Shown here: positions 1 through 13,306 of the stretch, piece after piece
Layout of the letters: every line of letters starts with the position of its first letter
Position numbering within the stretch: the stretch's first letter is position 1
From: Massalongia carnosa
Lineage: Eukaryota
Reading direction: 5' to 3'
NCBI GenBank assembly: GCA_965645245.1
Contig: OZ287073.1
Coordinates: 248,001 to 312,000, forward strand
DNA: 64,000 nt
Position numbers and translations under genes: made by a program
Notes under the pieces: model-generated
Database searches by the model: none
What the model saw: the letters and a program-made list of their open reading frames with translations, nothing else
Told to the model about the DNA's origin: nothing

Positions 1-184
1 TCCATTCATCAAAAGGATTATAAGAACGTTGCAGAATTTATCTCGAAAATTCGCGACATTAGTGCAGAAATTACCGACCTGAATGTTACCATGGACGAAG
101 CAATTACCATATACGCCCTCAATTCTCTAGACACCCGGTTCAAGTCCTACCTGGCCATCCTTAGCCATGATTCACGGGAGAAAG

Positions 185-595
185 TGTTAGATGTTAGATG
201 ATGAGGCCACCATCAATATGGGCATCCATCATGAGCCTCGGGAGGTGCCTGGCAAAGTGCCTAAACAAGCAGATATGGGAGCCAATGTCTGACCGTCAGG
301 GTGCCTAAACAAGCAGATATGGGAGCCAAGGTCTGACCGTCAGAGTGCCTAAACAAGCAGATATAGGAGCCAAGGTCTGACCGTCAGGGTGCCTAAACAA
401 GCAGATTATGGGAGCCAAGGTCTGACCGTCAGGGTGCCTAAAGAAGCAGATATGGGGGGACAAGGTCTGACCGTTTAGGCTCCTAGATGTGACTGTTTTG
501 TGACTGCTGTATAAAGCAGACAAATAGCCCACATAGATAATTACCTTCAATGACAATCATGCTATTATACCTACACGTGAATTTATCATTCATTA
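185..595. repeat. Solo LTR (family A) inserted in Copia-1 gag
   Basis: Starts TGTTAG; TSD GAAAG at 180-184 and 596-600. Shares ATGACAATCATGCTATTATACCTAC with 4744-4951 and 21007-21282 and a close variant with 44401-44550. Confidence 0.88.
257..478. repeat. Tandem array of five ~44-bp units inside the solo LTR
   Basis: GTGCCTAAACAAGCAGATATGGGAGCCAAGGTCTGACCGTCAGG starting at 257, 301, 345, 389 and 434, with no spacers. Confidence 0.95.
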
Positions 596-3500
596 GAAAG
601 AACATCTTCCGATCCTCGAAGTCCTAGCAAAGGCACTAGAAGATGAAGAATTACGACTGGCATATCAGGACAGGCCCACAGTGAACTATTCCAAAAGAGA
701 GAAGAAGTCTGGAGGGGACTCCGGCAACAAGAAGAAAGCGGGGAAGAATTCCAACTCCTCCACCTCGACCGACAAAGAAACATCCAAGTGCACCAAGTGT
801 CAGAAGACTCATGAAAAAGGTGAGTGCTGGATGGATAAGATGACGTGTAATGGGTGTGGCAAAATCGGCCATAGCAAGAAGTTCTGTAAAAAGAACAAGA
901 CCAATCAGGAAAGCGAGGCGACCACCCCCGAGGTAACTACCTCAAGGCTATTTTGCTTTAATACAAAAATCACACCGACCCCGACCAATGAAGTTGAAGA
1001 AAGAAAGGGAATGGGCGCAGTTCATCTGATATGTAAGACAGTAGCAACTGTAGATCCGGTCATAAACAGAGTAATCATAGACTCTGGGGCCACCGACCAT
1101 TTCTTTTCCAATCGAGACTTCTTTTCGACCTACACCGAGTACTATCATGAGTTGCAGACAGGCTCTGGACAAGTCCTTCCAGCCTTCGGGTATGGAGACG
1201 TGGTCCTGAATATGGTACAACAGGACAAAAACATCAATGTCCTTACAGTGAAGAATGTCAGCTGGGCACCAGACCTCGGTCACAATTTTTTGAGCCCTAC
1301 TCCTCTTGCAATCAAAGGAGTTGAGGTGTTTCTGAGAAATATAGGTGTGGCTACACAGATTCTCCATGAAGGCAAAATTCATGGACTGGCTGATGTTATC
1401 GACCGACAGTATGTTCTTCGGATAAAGACCCCGGAGGTGACAATGCATACGAACTTTGCAAACACTACACCAATTGTGAATGCAATCAAACCGACTATTG
1501 AAATCTGGCATCGAAGGATGGGCCACCTCGGCTACCAGAATGTTCTTAGACTTCCACAAATGGCTGAAGGAATTGACGTGAAAGGACCAGTTCCAGAGGA
1601 AATTTGTGGGCCATGTATGAAAGGACGAGAGCAAAGAAAGCCGTCACGGACTTCTATGCCTCGTGCTACAAAATTCCTGGAAGAGGTTCATAGTGATTTA
1701 GGAGGTCCATACCCGGCCTTCCGAAATGGATTGCAATATTACATATCCTTTAAAGATGACGCCACTGGGACATATCATGTTTATCCGATGCAACTGAAGA
1801 GTCAGGCATTTGAGAAGACAAAGGAATATATCGAATGGACATCTCAGGAGACTGGCATGCAGATGGGAGCACTTCATACCGATGGGGGAGGTGAATATAA
1901 AAGTGAAGCCTTCCAGGATTATCTGAAGAAAAATCACATCAAATGGAGACCTAGTGCCCCATACACACCTGAGCAAATGGAAAGGCGGAACGTCTGAATT
2001 ATACTCTGATTAGTTCAGTACGGTCCATATTGTCTGCTATGAAATTACCGAAGGGCCTATGGCTTGAAATTATCAAAACAGTGTGTTATCTGAAGAACAG
2101 AAGTCCTAACACAGACGGGGTGACTTCATACGAGAAATTGAAAGACAGGAAGCCCAACCTCAGTCATCTGAGGGTGTTGGGTGCACGTGCTTCGGTTCAT
2201 ATTCCCAAAGAGAAGAGAAAGAAGCTGGATGAACGGTCCTGGCAGGGCATTCATGTTGGCTATGAAGGCACAAATCAGTACAGGATATATGACCCCTGCA
2301 CTGGAAAGGTTCATGTTAAAAGAGACGTAATTATTGACGAAAAGAACCTCTTTGCCCGAAAGGCTTTCAACCCGAATGAGCTTGTTGACGACGAGTGAAC
2401 CCAGACGGACGATGATCTATTTGGAAATCCAGACGACTATGACGACGACGAGAAGGACGATCCATACACCCTATCTCGATTCAACAAATCTCAACTTCCT
2501 ACACCCCCAAATAGTCCTTAAAACACGGGACATTTAGACCAAAATCCTGTGGGAGCTTCCCAACAAACACGGCCAGAAAGGGGAGGAAATGCCGAAGACA
2601 ATTATGATAGTCTTTATGATAGTCACAACGAAGTGACCCTTGACACCGACCATGACGCTCAGGAAGATCATAATTCTTCCACCATTTCATCTGACCATGT
2701 TCCATTGAGAAGATCCAAACGAGCACCCGTCAAACGTACAAATTATCCTAATGAAATTATCTATGGTTTTGGTAAACTACCGAAACGGACTGAAGAAAAC
2801 AAAATTGTTGATAATAAAGGCAACGCTTTTGACTCAAATCATTCAGGGGGAAGGTCCTATTTTACTGATACAAACGTGCTAAATCCCACATACATATGAT
2901 GAAAGCATTCACAATGCTAGCCAATAACATTGACACGGAAGGGCCAGACGAACCCCTTTCGCTCAAAGAAGCTATGGCCAGACCTGATTGGCTCAAATGG
3001 CTGATAGCAATGCAGACTGAAATTGCATCTCACACCGAAAATGGTACGTGGGAACTGACCGAAGCACCAAAGGACCGTCGGGTAATCACTGGCAGGTGGG
3101 TGTTTAAATTGAAGAAAGACCGACACGGAAATATACTGAAATATAAGGCAAGGTGGGTGGTCCATGGCTATAAGCAAGAAGAAGGCTTGGACTACGTCGA
3201 CACCTTTGCTGCAGTTGTCAAATCAAACCGATGTCATACAAAGCAATGATGGGTGTTGGGGTCAAACGAGGGTTTATTATACGTCACATGGATGTTGTGA
3301 CTGCCTTTCTTTATAGCTACCTCGACGAGTTGATTATGTTGAACAACCTCATCTATTCATTACCAACCCGCACCTGGTCTGTGAGCTTCTCAAAGCACTT
3401 TATGGACTGAAAAAATCCCCCCAGGTGTGGTACCAGACGCTTGTTGATTTCCTAAAGAAGCTAGGATTTCATCGACTAGAACTTGATCATGGAGTGTTTG

Positions 3501-4560
3501 TTTCAAATGACAAAAAGCAATACATAGCAATATATGTGGACGACCTGCTACTCTTTGGGGCTGACATACCCCGTCTCGAGTTTATACAAAAGCAGCTTTC
3601 TGACCGATTTAAAATGACTGACCTGGGCGACGTTTCCCACTACCTCGGAATGGAAGTGGACGTGGACGTTGGAAAATCCATAACTATTCGACAAACGACC
3701 TATTTGAAGGTCCTGGAACGTTTTGGAATGACCGACTGTAAACCATCCTCCATTCCAATGGACCCGGGAGTAGCAAGCTCCCTTTTACCGTCAGAACAGG
3801 TGGCCGACAAAGCCATCATTTCCTGGTATCAGTCAGCAGTCGGGTCACTGATGTGGCCAGCAGTCCATACTCGACCAGACATCTCTTATTCTGTGGGAGT
3901 CCTCAGCCGCTATTGCAGCAACCCCGGACCCATCCACATTCAAATGATCAAATAAATCTTCCGCTATATAGCAGGGACACTGACCATAGGACTGACATTC
4001 TCGGCCGACTCTCCGGATGAACAAATCGGATACACTGACTCTGATTGGGCGGGGACAGGAGATGGAAGAAAATCGACCGGTGGATACGTTTGGATGCTTT
4101 TTGCTCACCAATCAAAACAATAACCGAATGTCGCTCTTTCTTCATGCGAAGCTGAGTATATGGCGATCACTGAAGCAGGGAAGGAGGCCTTATGGTGCTC
4201 TCGCTTCCTCGAGGCCCTCGGGCACAGACGACCTGACCAACCAGCAGACCTCCGAGCAGACAACAAGGGGGCAATTGACCTTACCGCTAACCCAGAGTTT
4301 CATAAGCGGACAAAGCACATCGACGTACGGCATCACTGGATAAGAGAGGTGGTGTTGAGCAGGAAGATAGTCATCTCATACATCTCAACCAATGAGATGA
4401 TAGCTGATGGAATGACGAAACCCTTGCCTCCACAGAAGTTCAAGGTCTTTAGGACCATGATGGGCATGAGGCAATTAGATTGAAAGATGAAGACCCCAAA
4501 TTGGAAATGACGAAGATGAATAGTATCAACCGTCAGCCAGACACCATGCCTGAGTGGGAG

Positions 4561-4743
4561 TGTTGATGTTAGCCTGTGTTAGCCTAACTAGATTGTGGTC
4601 AGGCAGTTGGTGACGGCGATTACCCAATTAGGCTAGCTTGCGTTTTAGGAGTTAAGGTAAAATCTCTGCAGATAGTAAACAAATGAACCATTCCTTCCAA
4701 ATATTCTCATCATGCACCAAGGTGATCAATTCTCCCTTCAATA
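4561..4743 (+). repeat. 3' LTR of Copia-1
   Basis: Follows the PPT; TGTTG…CAATA; homologous to solo copy 29371-29756. Confidence 0.88.
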
Positions 4744-4951
4744 CTAGTGCCTATCTTCGGTGACCCTACCACAGGGGCCGAAGTGACCTCCGGGGACCGA
4801 AAATCAGTGGACCAGCTGACTCCCTATGAAAGGGGGTCGCCGGAAAGTCTTCAATGTGACTGCTATATAATGAGCAGATAGCTCACATATAATCCACACC
4901 TTCAATGACAATCATGCTATTATACCTACAAAGTGAATCTATAATTTCATA
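4744..4951. repeat. Right part of a family-A LTR into which Copia-1 inserted
   Basis: Near-identical to 21074-21282. Confidence 0.85.
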
Positions 4952-5041
4952 GTATCATCTCTTTATTCCATTTTTCTTTCGGCAATCTGAACACCCACTG
5001 ACGCTGTTTTCCTGACCCCTTTTCCACCGAGCACTTATCTG

Positions 5042-5530
5042 TGTCATGGAATTACCTCGCACCCTCCCACGTTTCCTGATCGGGTTAGTATTTAACAGGC
5101 TCTCTTGCCGTGAAACCTGCCCTACATGTTGAATGGAACTGTGGCCCGTTATTCCGAACTATCCTGAAACCTCACCCCATGTGTTCAGACGTTCTTCCGC
5201 TGCCTTCAGTGCACTCCCAAACTCCTATATCCCGAATCCAATCTCAACGTCTCCACTATCCAAGCCTACGACTGGGATTGCCCAGCAGAGAGAGATTGCT
5301 TCGGCATGGAGAAAGGCGGAACAGGTCAAAGCGATCATGGTTAGGAAATTAGAACAGGAATAGAGATGAGGGCAAGTCAAGAATAGGGGAGTTGGAAGCC
5401 ATGGCTATAAAACCTATGTGGTTTCTCATGTGTTTGGAGCTCTTCGTCGGACGTCTTGTATACTATCCCTAGACCTAGCTTTCTAATAGTAACTCTTGCA
5501 TATCTCCCTATCTGGACCTTGTCCGTGACA
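5042..5530. repeat. Solo LTR (family E)
   Basis: TGTCA…TGACA termini; near-identical to 46748-47236; no matching TSD at this copy. Confidence 0.88.
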
Positions 5531-7432
5531 TGTTCCGATATCTGAACTGTAAATGATTTAAAGTGTGTATCAAGCGTAGACTAGCGGATGGCTCAGCAAA
5601 GCGACCGGCCGAAGGACTAATGTTAGTCTCTGTACAACTAAACTCTGCCGAGGATGTTTATATTAGGTTTTGTCTCAATGTATCTCTCGCCCTTTTACTT
5701 ACTTTGCATTCATCATTACAATTAGCTACGAATGTCGGCGTGATTGAGACAGCACCAGTTGACATACTTCGACTAGTTTCTCATCTGCAGTTAGAGTTCA
5801 ACCCGCGCTGCTTGATCTAAACTGGGAGGTGCTAGATATTGTCTAACACATTAATGCCGAACTCGTTATGTCTTATCATCTATCAATCGATTCGATCAAA
5901 ACCCGAAAACCTTGCGCAAATCCGCCTCGCGTTGGTAAAGACAGCGTCAACTAGATTCAAATTTATTCCTCTCAAGCCTTAAATAACCTCCACCGATTCA
6001 TCGCTATTCATCCTAAACTCTAGGGTTTGGCAGAGGTAAAATAAGTGTTAACGAGGACCAGGCTCTTTCTCGAAATCAGTTTCAGCCCTAGTATGCATTC
6101 CGTCCTGATATGGTGACAGCCCGTCAGGTTAGGTCCCAGCGAGCTGCAAGCCTTTAAAATTGAGTCATGCTTTATTGAGATCTTCGCCACGGCTATCATC
6201 TGAGCCTTACATATTCATCAAAGCTACCTCACCAAAATTCGTCAATTCTTTCAAGATTTAAGATAGGTGAGCTCAATCTGATCGGGACTTGAGCGCTCAA
6301 GATAGCGGCGCCTAAAGACTGAGCAAAGAAATGCTGATTAGTTCAAAGTAGATGATCGTTAGAACATGATCGCGTTGAATTCGACAAAGCTATCGCCTAT
6401 GAGCTTCCATATTTCCCCCCCCATCGGGCTGTATACACTACCCTTTATAAGTTAAAGTCTAGAGAACCTTGAAGGAGCTCAGGTCAACATTATTCGATCA
6501 TATCTCTCTTCCTTCAGCAAAATATGTTTGCACTAAACCAATCCAGCCAGGCTATAACCACACGAGTCTACCTTCAATCGGCAAGGATGGCTTCTTCAAA
6601 CTAGATGCAAGTTACCCCTTTATATCGACATTATATCCTATCTTCTCGACATTGAGCGCCGAATTCTGCCTGTAGTAGCTTCTTTTATGAAAAGTGCTGC
6701 CTGATCGATAGTTCAATCATGACTCAGCTCAAGCTGCAATTACCTGGAGAAACACTGCTTAAATTTATACGAATTGACACTTGTGTAGCGGAAACCACTT
6801 ATTTAGGCTTCAATGGGCAATGCATCTTATTAAAAGTATTGTTCGGAAGTGATCGGGTGGCTAATATTCTTACCCTAAGTTCTTTGATGCGATTAGAATA
6901 TCTTTTTGAATTCGTCCTTATTCCTTACTTTTTCACAACAGAGTGAATGCTACTTAAGCAGCTGGATAAGCCACAGAAATAATTACCTTTGATGACAGAC
7001 AATAATATTATTATAATACCTGTACGTGAATAATGCTGCAATTCAGGAGGTTGTGAATGATAATATCAGCCAGCGACGAGCAGAAATCTCTACGTGATGC
7101 TGGCTATTAACTCCGCTCTCTTCAAGGAGGTGGAGGCCAATATCTGCTCATCACAGATCTACAGCTAGGGGAGCATTTCTGTTAATAGATAAACGAAGGA
7201 TCAACAGGAGGACGATTTTGGAGATGGCGGTAGAGTTCATGATTTATGCTTGGTGGGGATCAATTACCCCCTTCCTCAGCAGATCATCTCTGAGCCGACT
7301 GACGTCGTTTAGGCTTCGGAGTCAAATATCGAATATGTGATAATATATATGTTTCCTGAAACACATAAATTAAATCTCGAAAATCTCTGACAAGGGTTAT
7401 ACGACACTCATAAATTATTTATATTATCTGCC

Positions 7433-10400
7433 TGTTAGTAGCACTAGTAGATAGAACGGGCTGTGGGCACGACTAGAGGCTATTAAGGCCTTCGTCACTG
7501 TTAGGCACGGGACGCCTAGTCAGCACGTGACCCCGAAAAGGGGCACACGCCTATATAGCCCACGCTCGCTACTAGCTAATAGAACAACTTTACCATCCAA
7601 CTCAAGCACTGACGTAGTCATACGTCTGGTGCCACGAGTTGGGGTAAACCCACACTGATCAGTTTAGCTATTCAGATCAGAATACCCCAATCATTAAAAC
7701 CTGAAAACCTCGCTATCGCTGACGATGGCAGGTTCTCCGAGCGTTGCTCCGAGCGCCGAAAACGCGATCGAGTCAACCGAGTCAACAAATCCCTTTCCCA
7801 ACGGCATCGATCCGGAGACGGCCGATGCCGAGACAATCAAGAAATATGTTAAATATCACTTCCAAAGATACGCAGACAATGACTACGAGGACTACTATCT
7901 ATGGAATATCGTCCAGGGAAACTTCGAGCACTTCAAAGAGGAGCATTTCAACAAATTCGATCGAGACACCTGGGAACTCGTAAAGGCCTACTGCTATCAA
8001 CACGGCATTTGGATCGATCACAACTACGGGCCCGGCAGGACTCGCGCATCCTTCATGAGAAAGGCTATCAACAGGGAATGGGAACTGGACTGGACTCTCG
8101 AACAAATTAAATGGGTTCAAGGACGATATAAACATCTATCCGAGAAAACCCTCGACCGAAAGCGAGAACTCATGAGCATCATCGAGTCAGATAACCTAAA
8201 TCTCATCGCTGCAAACTCGCGAGGTCTATCTGCGGATCCGAGAACAGAATCGTACCAGGATACCAGACTCCAGACCCCATTGCATCAGTCTGCATCACCA
8301 AATCCGTACATACCTCAGGCACCCCTCGCGTCGCAGTCCCCACAATTTACTCAGCAGATCTCGCAACAACTACCTCCGAGTCAATCATCGCATCAAACGC
8401 CTCATCATCAATTTCAGGAGAACTCGACCAATCAATACGCCAAGGAATTGACTCTGCTAGAGAAAATCTACAAGGATAACGACAAGTTTAGTGGCACGGG
8501 CGACAACTTCGGTTTCAAACTCACCATATTCCTCGACAAATGCAGGCGAGTCGGACTACCTCATATCGCGTTCATTCATGGAGCCTCGATTATGCTTTCT
8601 GGTCAGGCATTGACTCATTACTATGCAAATCGAGGTTCCGCCGCGTCGTTTGATGATTTCTGTCAAAGCATGAGGACATTCTTTGAAGGGCCCGAGTGGG
8701 AACGCTACAATCTGGCAAAGTGGCAAACCATTCTCCCTGAACGATGTTATCTCGGCCAACCCCTCGCTGTCGACAACCGAGTGTCTCAGAAAGCTATGCA
8801 CCGAGCTGGACACGATACAACGAGGCATCAACACGGCATATCACGGGTCAATTCATCTGCGAGAAAACATCATTCGGGCCTGTAGGGGTCACCCAGCACT
8901 CGCGGCCGGTTTAACAAATCCACCACAGGACACACCAGGACTGGTCAATAACCTCTATGCCTCAATCGTCAATTATGAAGCGGTGCATAAGTCCGCGCAG
9001 GGGAGCTATCTAGGCGAGAATGAGGACGATGAGGAGTCTTTCTTCACCGATCGGCAGTATCGCCGAGGCGGTTTCAACCCTCGCTCTCGCGGCGGACAAC
9101 GTTTCAACCGATCAAGTTATTCATCTCGAAACCAGTCTCGAAACCCGTCTCGTGGCCCAATGCGTCAAAAACGCTGCTTCGTATGCGATGAAGAAGGATG
9201 CTGGTCAACGAACCACTCATCGAAAGAACAGGAGGACTCCAAGAAGCGCTGGGGAGATAGGCATTCCAAGTACAAAAATCGCTCAGGCTATGAACGCAAT
9301 CTTCGTCAATACATCGCTAATTATGAGGGCGATGATGAAGATGAAGACGAAATAGCTCACTTTTTCGGAGACCTGTCCATCGAGGCAAAAGACCCTTCTC
9401 TTGATGCAGAGGTCGCTACCGAGATGTTTCATACCTCGATTGGCACCCTTCATGCAGTTGAGTCTATTAATGCGATCAACATGCTGACCAATAAGGCCTT
9501 CGAACATCGCATAACTTGGTCAGACAATACCATCGCCCCCGTCTCAGTGCCCTACAGTTTTATCACGTCAACCGACACTCGCTACGACGAGTCCGAGTTT
9601 AAAGGGCTACTGATCGATTCCGGTGCTGCAACTCGGTCAACCGGTGGCATTGGGCAGCTAAAGGCCTTGCAGAAGATCATCTCGATAAAACTCGACGAGA
9701 CAACGGCTGGGTCAGCAAATTTCGTCTTTGGCATCGGTAGTACGTCTTCAATCGGCACGGTCAACCTGAATACCCCCATAGGAAGAATCGTCTTTCATAT
9801 CGTACGAATCAATACGCCGTTTCTCCTCTGCCTCGCCGACATGGACAAGCTAGGTGCCTTCTTCAATAACCTAACCAATCAAGTTGTTCAGGCCCAACAT
9901 ACTCATCCTGTGATTCGCCGGTATGGTCATGCGTTTCTTTTATGGTGCACATCCACATATGCCCTCGCGATTGAATCATTCTCGGAAAATCCATGCTTCT
10001 TAACTACCACCGAGCTCCGCCGACTACATCGTCGCTTCGGGCACCCATCAGTCTCGCGCCTACATCGGATTCTCGAGCGATCAGGTCATGATGTCGACCT
10101 TCGAGCCCTAGAATACCTCGTTAAATATTGCCACCATTGTCAGAAGCACGGAAAGTCGCCAGGCAGGTTCGGTTTTACCATAAAAGATGACGTCGAGTTT
10201 AATTACCACATTGTCGTCGATATTCTTTACATAGAAGGCAAGGCGGTGCTGCAGTTAGTCGACGAGGCAACTCGATTTCAAGCAGGACGGTGGCTGAAGG
10301 ACATTTCGGCCAGACATGTATGGGATCAGCTACGGGCATGTTGGATCGATACCTATCTCGGCCCCCCCGACCTCATCTCGGCCGATGCAGGCCAACAGTT

Positions 10401-13306
10401 CATGGCCAGGGAATTCCGACAATATGCTGCAAACATGGGAATCATTGTCAAAAACGTCCCCGTCGAAGCGCATCACTCCATCGGTCTAGTTGAACGCTAT
10501 CATGGACCACTTCGTCGAGCATATAGCATCATAACTGCCGAAATTCCCGGAATCGAGCCCGAGTTGGCCCTACAAATGGCATTCAAGGCACTCAACGACT
10601 CGGTAGGACCGAATGGTCTAGTTCAGACGTTGCTTGTGTTCGGTGCCTACCCGACAATGACTGAAATGGATGCTCCCTCGCCTACATCACCCAACGCACG
10701 ATAGCCATGAGAAAGGCTATGGAGGAGGTACGCAAGCTGCATGCATCTCGTCAGGTTAATGATGCATTGAACACTCGAAACGGCCCGTCCACCACCTTGA
10801 TTCACGACTTGCCCATCAATTCGCCGGTGCTAGTATTCCGAGAAGGTAATGCAGGTCGATCAGGGACGTGGAAGGGACCATACAAACTTCTCAGCCTACA
10901 AGGCGAGTCGGCTATCATCGAGCTGTCGAGCGGACCCACCAAATTCCGTTCCACCTCGTTGAAACCGTACTACGACCTTGCTGCTGATGGCATGAAGGAT
11001 ACAAATAAAGATGAAAAAGATGACGAAAGCGCAGGAGACGCCGACGTTGGTGCAGGACGTATAGATGATGGTACAGGAGATGCCTCATCTATTAACCCTC
11101 GCACCTCGGGACATGTTCTCTCGATCGATGCAAGAGACACCCCTCCTACGAATCCCCTCGTCTCGGGAATCATTGCCCCGACTGCCTCACCTTCATCAGC
11201 ACCATCAGCACCAGTCAAACGTGGCCGTGGAAGACCCAGAAAGCATCCCGAACATGTCAATTTCACTACGCCTTCCAACATCTGCTTCGTCATCGATACT
11301 CCTGAAGATAATGATGACGACATCTCGAAATTACCCCAATTCACCTCATCGAGGCAAAAGGAAGTCGCCGGACTTCTAGAAAAAGGTGTATTCAAACTCG
11401 TAAATTCTGAAGACGTTCCAGATTACGCACGCGTTTTCAACTCGAGGTTTGTTGACGAAATAAAGAATCCTGGCACCGATAAGGCTTTCGAGAAATCACG
11501 TCTGGTCGTACAGGCCTACAATAACCTCAATAAAGACCTCGTTCTGACACAGTCACCGACAATTCAACGAGTCAATCAACGTCTTATCATCTGCCTCACA
11601 GCAACATTTCAAAACGAGTCAACAAAGCTATACCTTCGCGACGTCACTCAGGCATACGTTCAATCAAATTCCGAGTTGAATCGTGACTTTTACATCCGCC
11701 CGCCTCATGAACTCACCGCGATGATGGGAGCTCCATCCAACTGCATCCTGAAAGTCATAAAACCTCTCTATGGCGTCCCGGAAGCAGGCAATCATTGGTT
11801 CGCCACGTATCATGCCCATCATACTAGAAAACTCGGCATGACCGAGTCAACCTACGATCCATGCCTACTCTACAAATCCGAGCCTTTTGGCATCGTTGGC
11901 CTACAAACTGACGACACCCTTATGCTAGCAAGCGACACCTTTTCGGCCGAAGAAGAAGATGCTATCAAGAAGGCTAAGATCATGACTAAAGAGCGCACTC
12001 ATCTCATCCTCGAAACCCCAATCAAGTTCAATGGCACCATGATCCGACTCGCCCCGAGCAGAGACATCATGTTGAGCCAGGAAACTCGTGTTGGAGGCAT
12101 CTCGCTGGTTAAGAATCATGACGCCTCGACAACTAGCTCGCGAGGCATCGTTCGAGAAAAGTTGTCTTCGAGAGAGCAATATGTGGCCCAACGAGCTAGA
12201 GGTGCATACACAGCTTCCATCTGTCAGCCCGAGGCCTCTTTCGATCTATCTTATGCCGCTCAGTCAACAAAGTTCTCCTCAGATGATATCAATGCCCTAA
12301 ACAAGCGACTTAAGTGGCAAATAGACAATCAATCTCGAGGGCTGAAATACGTCAAACTCGATCGAAACAGCCTTCAGTTGGTCGTTTTCACCGATTCATC
12401 CTTTGCCAACAACCGAGACCTCTCATCACAAATCGGTTATGTCATATGCCTTGCTGACTCGACTGACAAAGCCAACGTCATTCATTGGTCATCAATTAAG
12501 TGTAAAAGGGTGACGCGGAGTGTCTTGGCCGCCGAGCTATATGGCATGGCACATGGGTTCGATATCGGGGCCGTCATAAAGGCAACCCTTAGCAAACTTC
12601 TCGGAACCGACATTCCACTGATTCTCTGCACGGATTCAAAATCGCTATATGACTGCTTAGTAAAACTCGGGACGACCCAAGAGAAACGCTTAATGATTGA
12701 TGTCATGAGTCTCCGTCAGTCATACGAGAGACGTGAGGTGACCGAGGTGAAATGGATTCATGGCCACAACAACCCCGCCGACTCCATGACCAAGACAAAG
12801 GCATCCTCGGCCCTCAAAACGGTGATTGATACTAATCGCATCAACCTAGATACGACCGAGTGGGTAGAACGAGCATCAGGCTGTAGGGCGGCGATAAAAT
12901 GGCAGGGTGATGATGTTCAATGAACCTGAGGCCGCGCTATGTCAGTTGCGAGTTGGGTTGAGTGAGACGCTATATGAGGCCTCACACAGGCAAGCAAAGC
13001 CGGGCGTAGGGGGACAGCAGGCATAGATGCAACCCGGCATCGAGGCATAGAGGGGGTTTATTTCGTTTTTCTAAGTGGTTCCAGTGTTAGTAGCACTAGT
13101 AGATAGAACGGGCTGTGGGCACGACTAGAGGCTATTAAGGCCTTCGTCACTGTTAGGCACGGGACGCCTAGTCAGCACGTGACCCCGAAAAGGGGCACAC
13201 GCCTATATAGCCCACGCTCGCTACTAGCTAATAGAACAACTTTACCATCCAACTCAAGCACTGACGTAGTCATACGTCTGGTGCCACGAGTTGGGGTAAA
13301 CCCACA
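7433..13306 (+). mobile_element. Full-length Ty1/Copia element, GalEa-like (Copia-2)
   Basis: Two 222-bp LTRs (7433-7654, 13085-13306) that look identical; TSD CTGCC at 7428-7432 and 13307-13311. Order PR-IN-RT-RH. RT signatures KSRLVVQAY and QTDD; palindrome CTGATCAG directly after the 5' LTR. Confidence 0.93.
7725..12923 (+). pseudogene. Copia-2 gag-pol polyprotein with two frameshifts (~8735, ~10690)
   Basis: ORFs 7725-8885, 8683-10704 and 10707-12923. Zinc knuckle CFVCDEEGCWSTNH, protease LLIDSGA, integrase LHRRFGHP…CHHC, RT QTDD, RNase H TDSSFA…NPADSMTK. Confidence 0.9.

Larger units (their letters stand above)
1..4483 (+). pseudogene. Copia-1 gag-pol polyprotein, disrupted
   Basis: ORF pieces 681-1997, 2030-2398, 2549-2899, 2896-3249, 3425-3955 and 4160-4483 join into one polyprotein through frameshifts and stops. 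Gag reads in frame across the solo LTR at 185-595 (…HDSREK/EHLPILEV…). Confidence 0.92.
1..4743 (+). mobile_element. Ty1/Copia LTR retrotransposon (Copia-1), 5' end outside window, decayed
   Basis: Domain order gag zinc knuckle (CNGCGKIGHSKKFC), protease (IIDSGATDH), GAG-pre-integrase (WHRRMGH), integrase (HSDLGG, TDGGGEY), RT (YKARWVVHG, YVDD), RNase H (KHIDVRHH, ADGMTK). PPT GAGTGGGAG at 4552-4560, then 3' LTR. Confidence 0.95.

Noticed and set aside
257..478. CRISPR-like repeat array
   Set aside because: Units are directly adjacent with no unique spacers, lie inside a TSD-flanked solo LTR, and the context is eukaryotic with no cas genes.
948..1634. Long antisense ORFs over TE genes (also 10970-11395, 18011-18421 and others)
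   Set aside because: Shadow ORFs opposite well-supported pol/gag frames.
5110..5363. 76-80 aa ORFs repeated at 46816-47069
   Set aside because: They recur only because the LTR copies are near-identical; the diverged copy at 49971 does not keep them.
5531..7430. Possible decayed minus-strand host gene and small family-A LTR remnant (~6970-7035)
   Set aside because: Too many stops and no recognisable motif to support a call.
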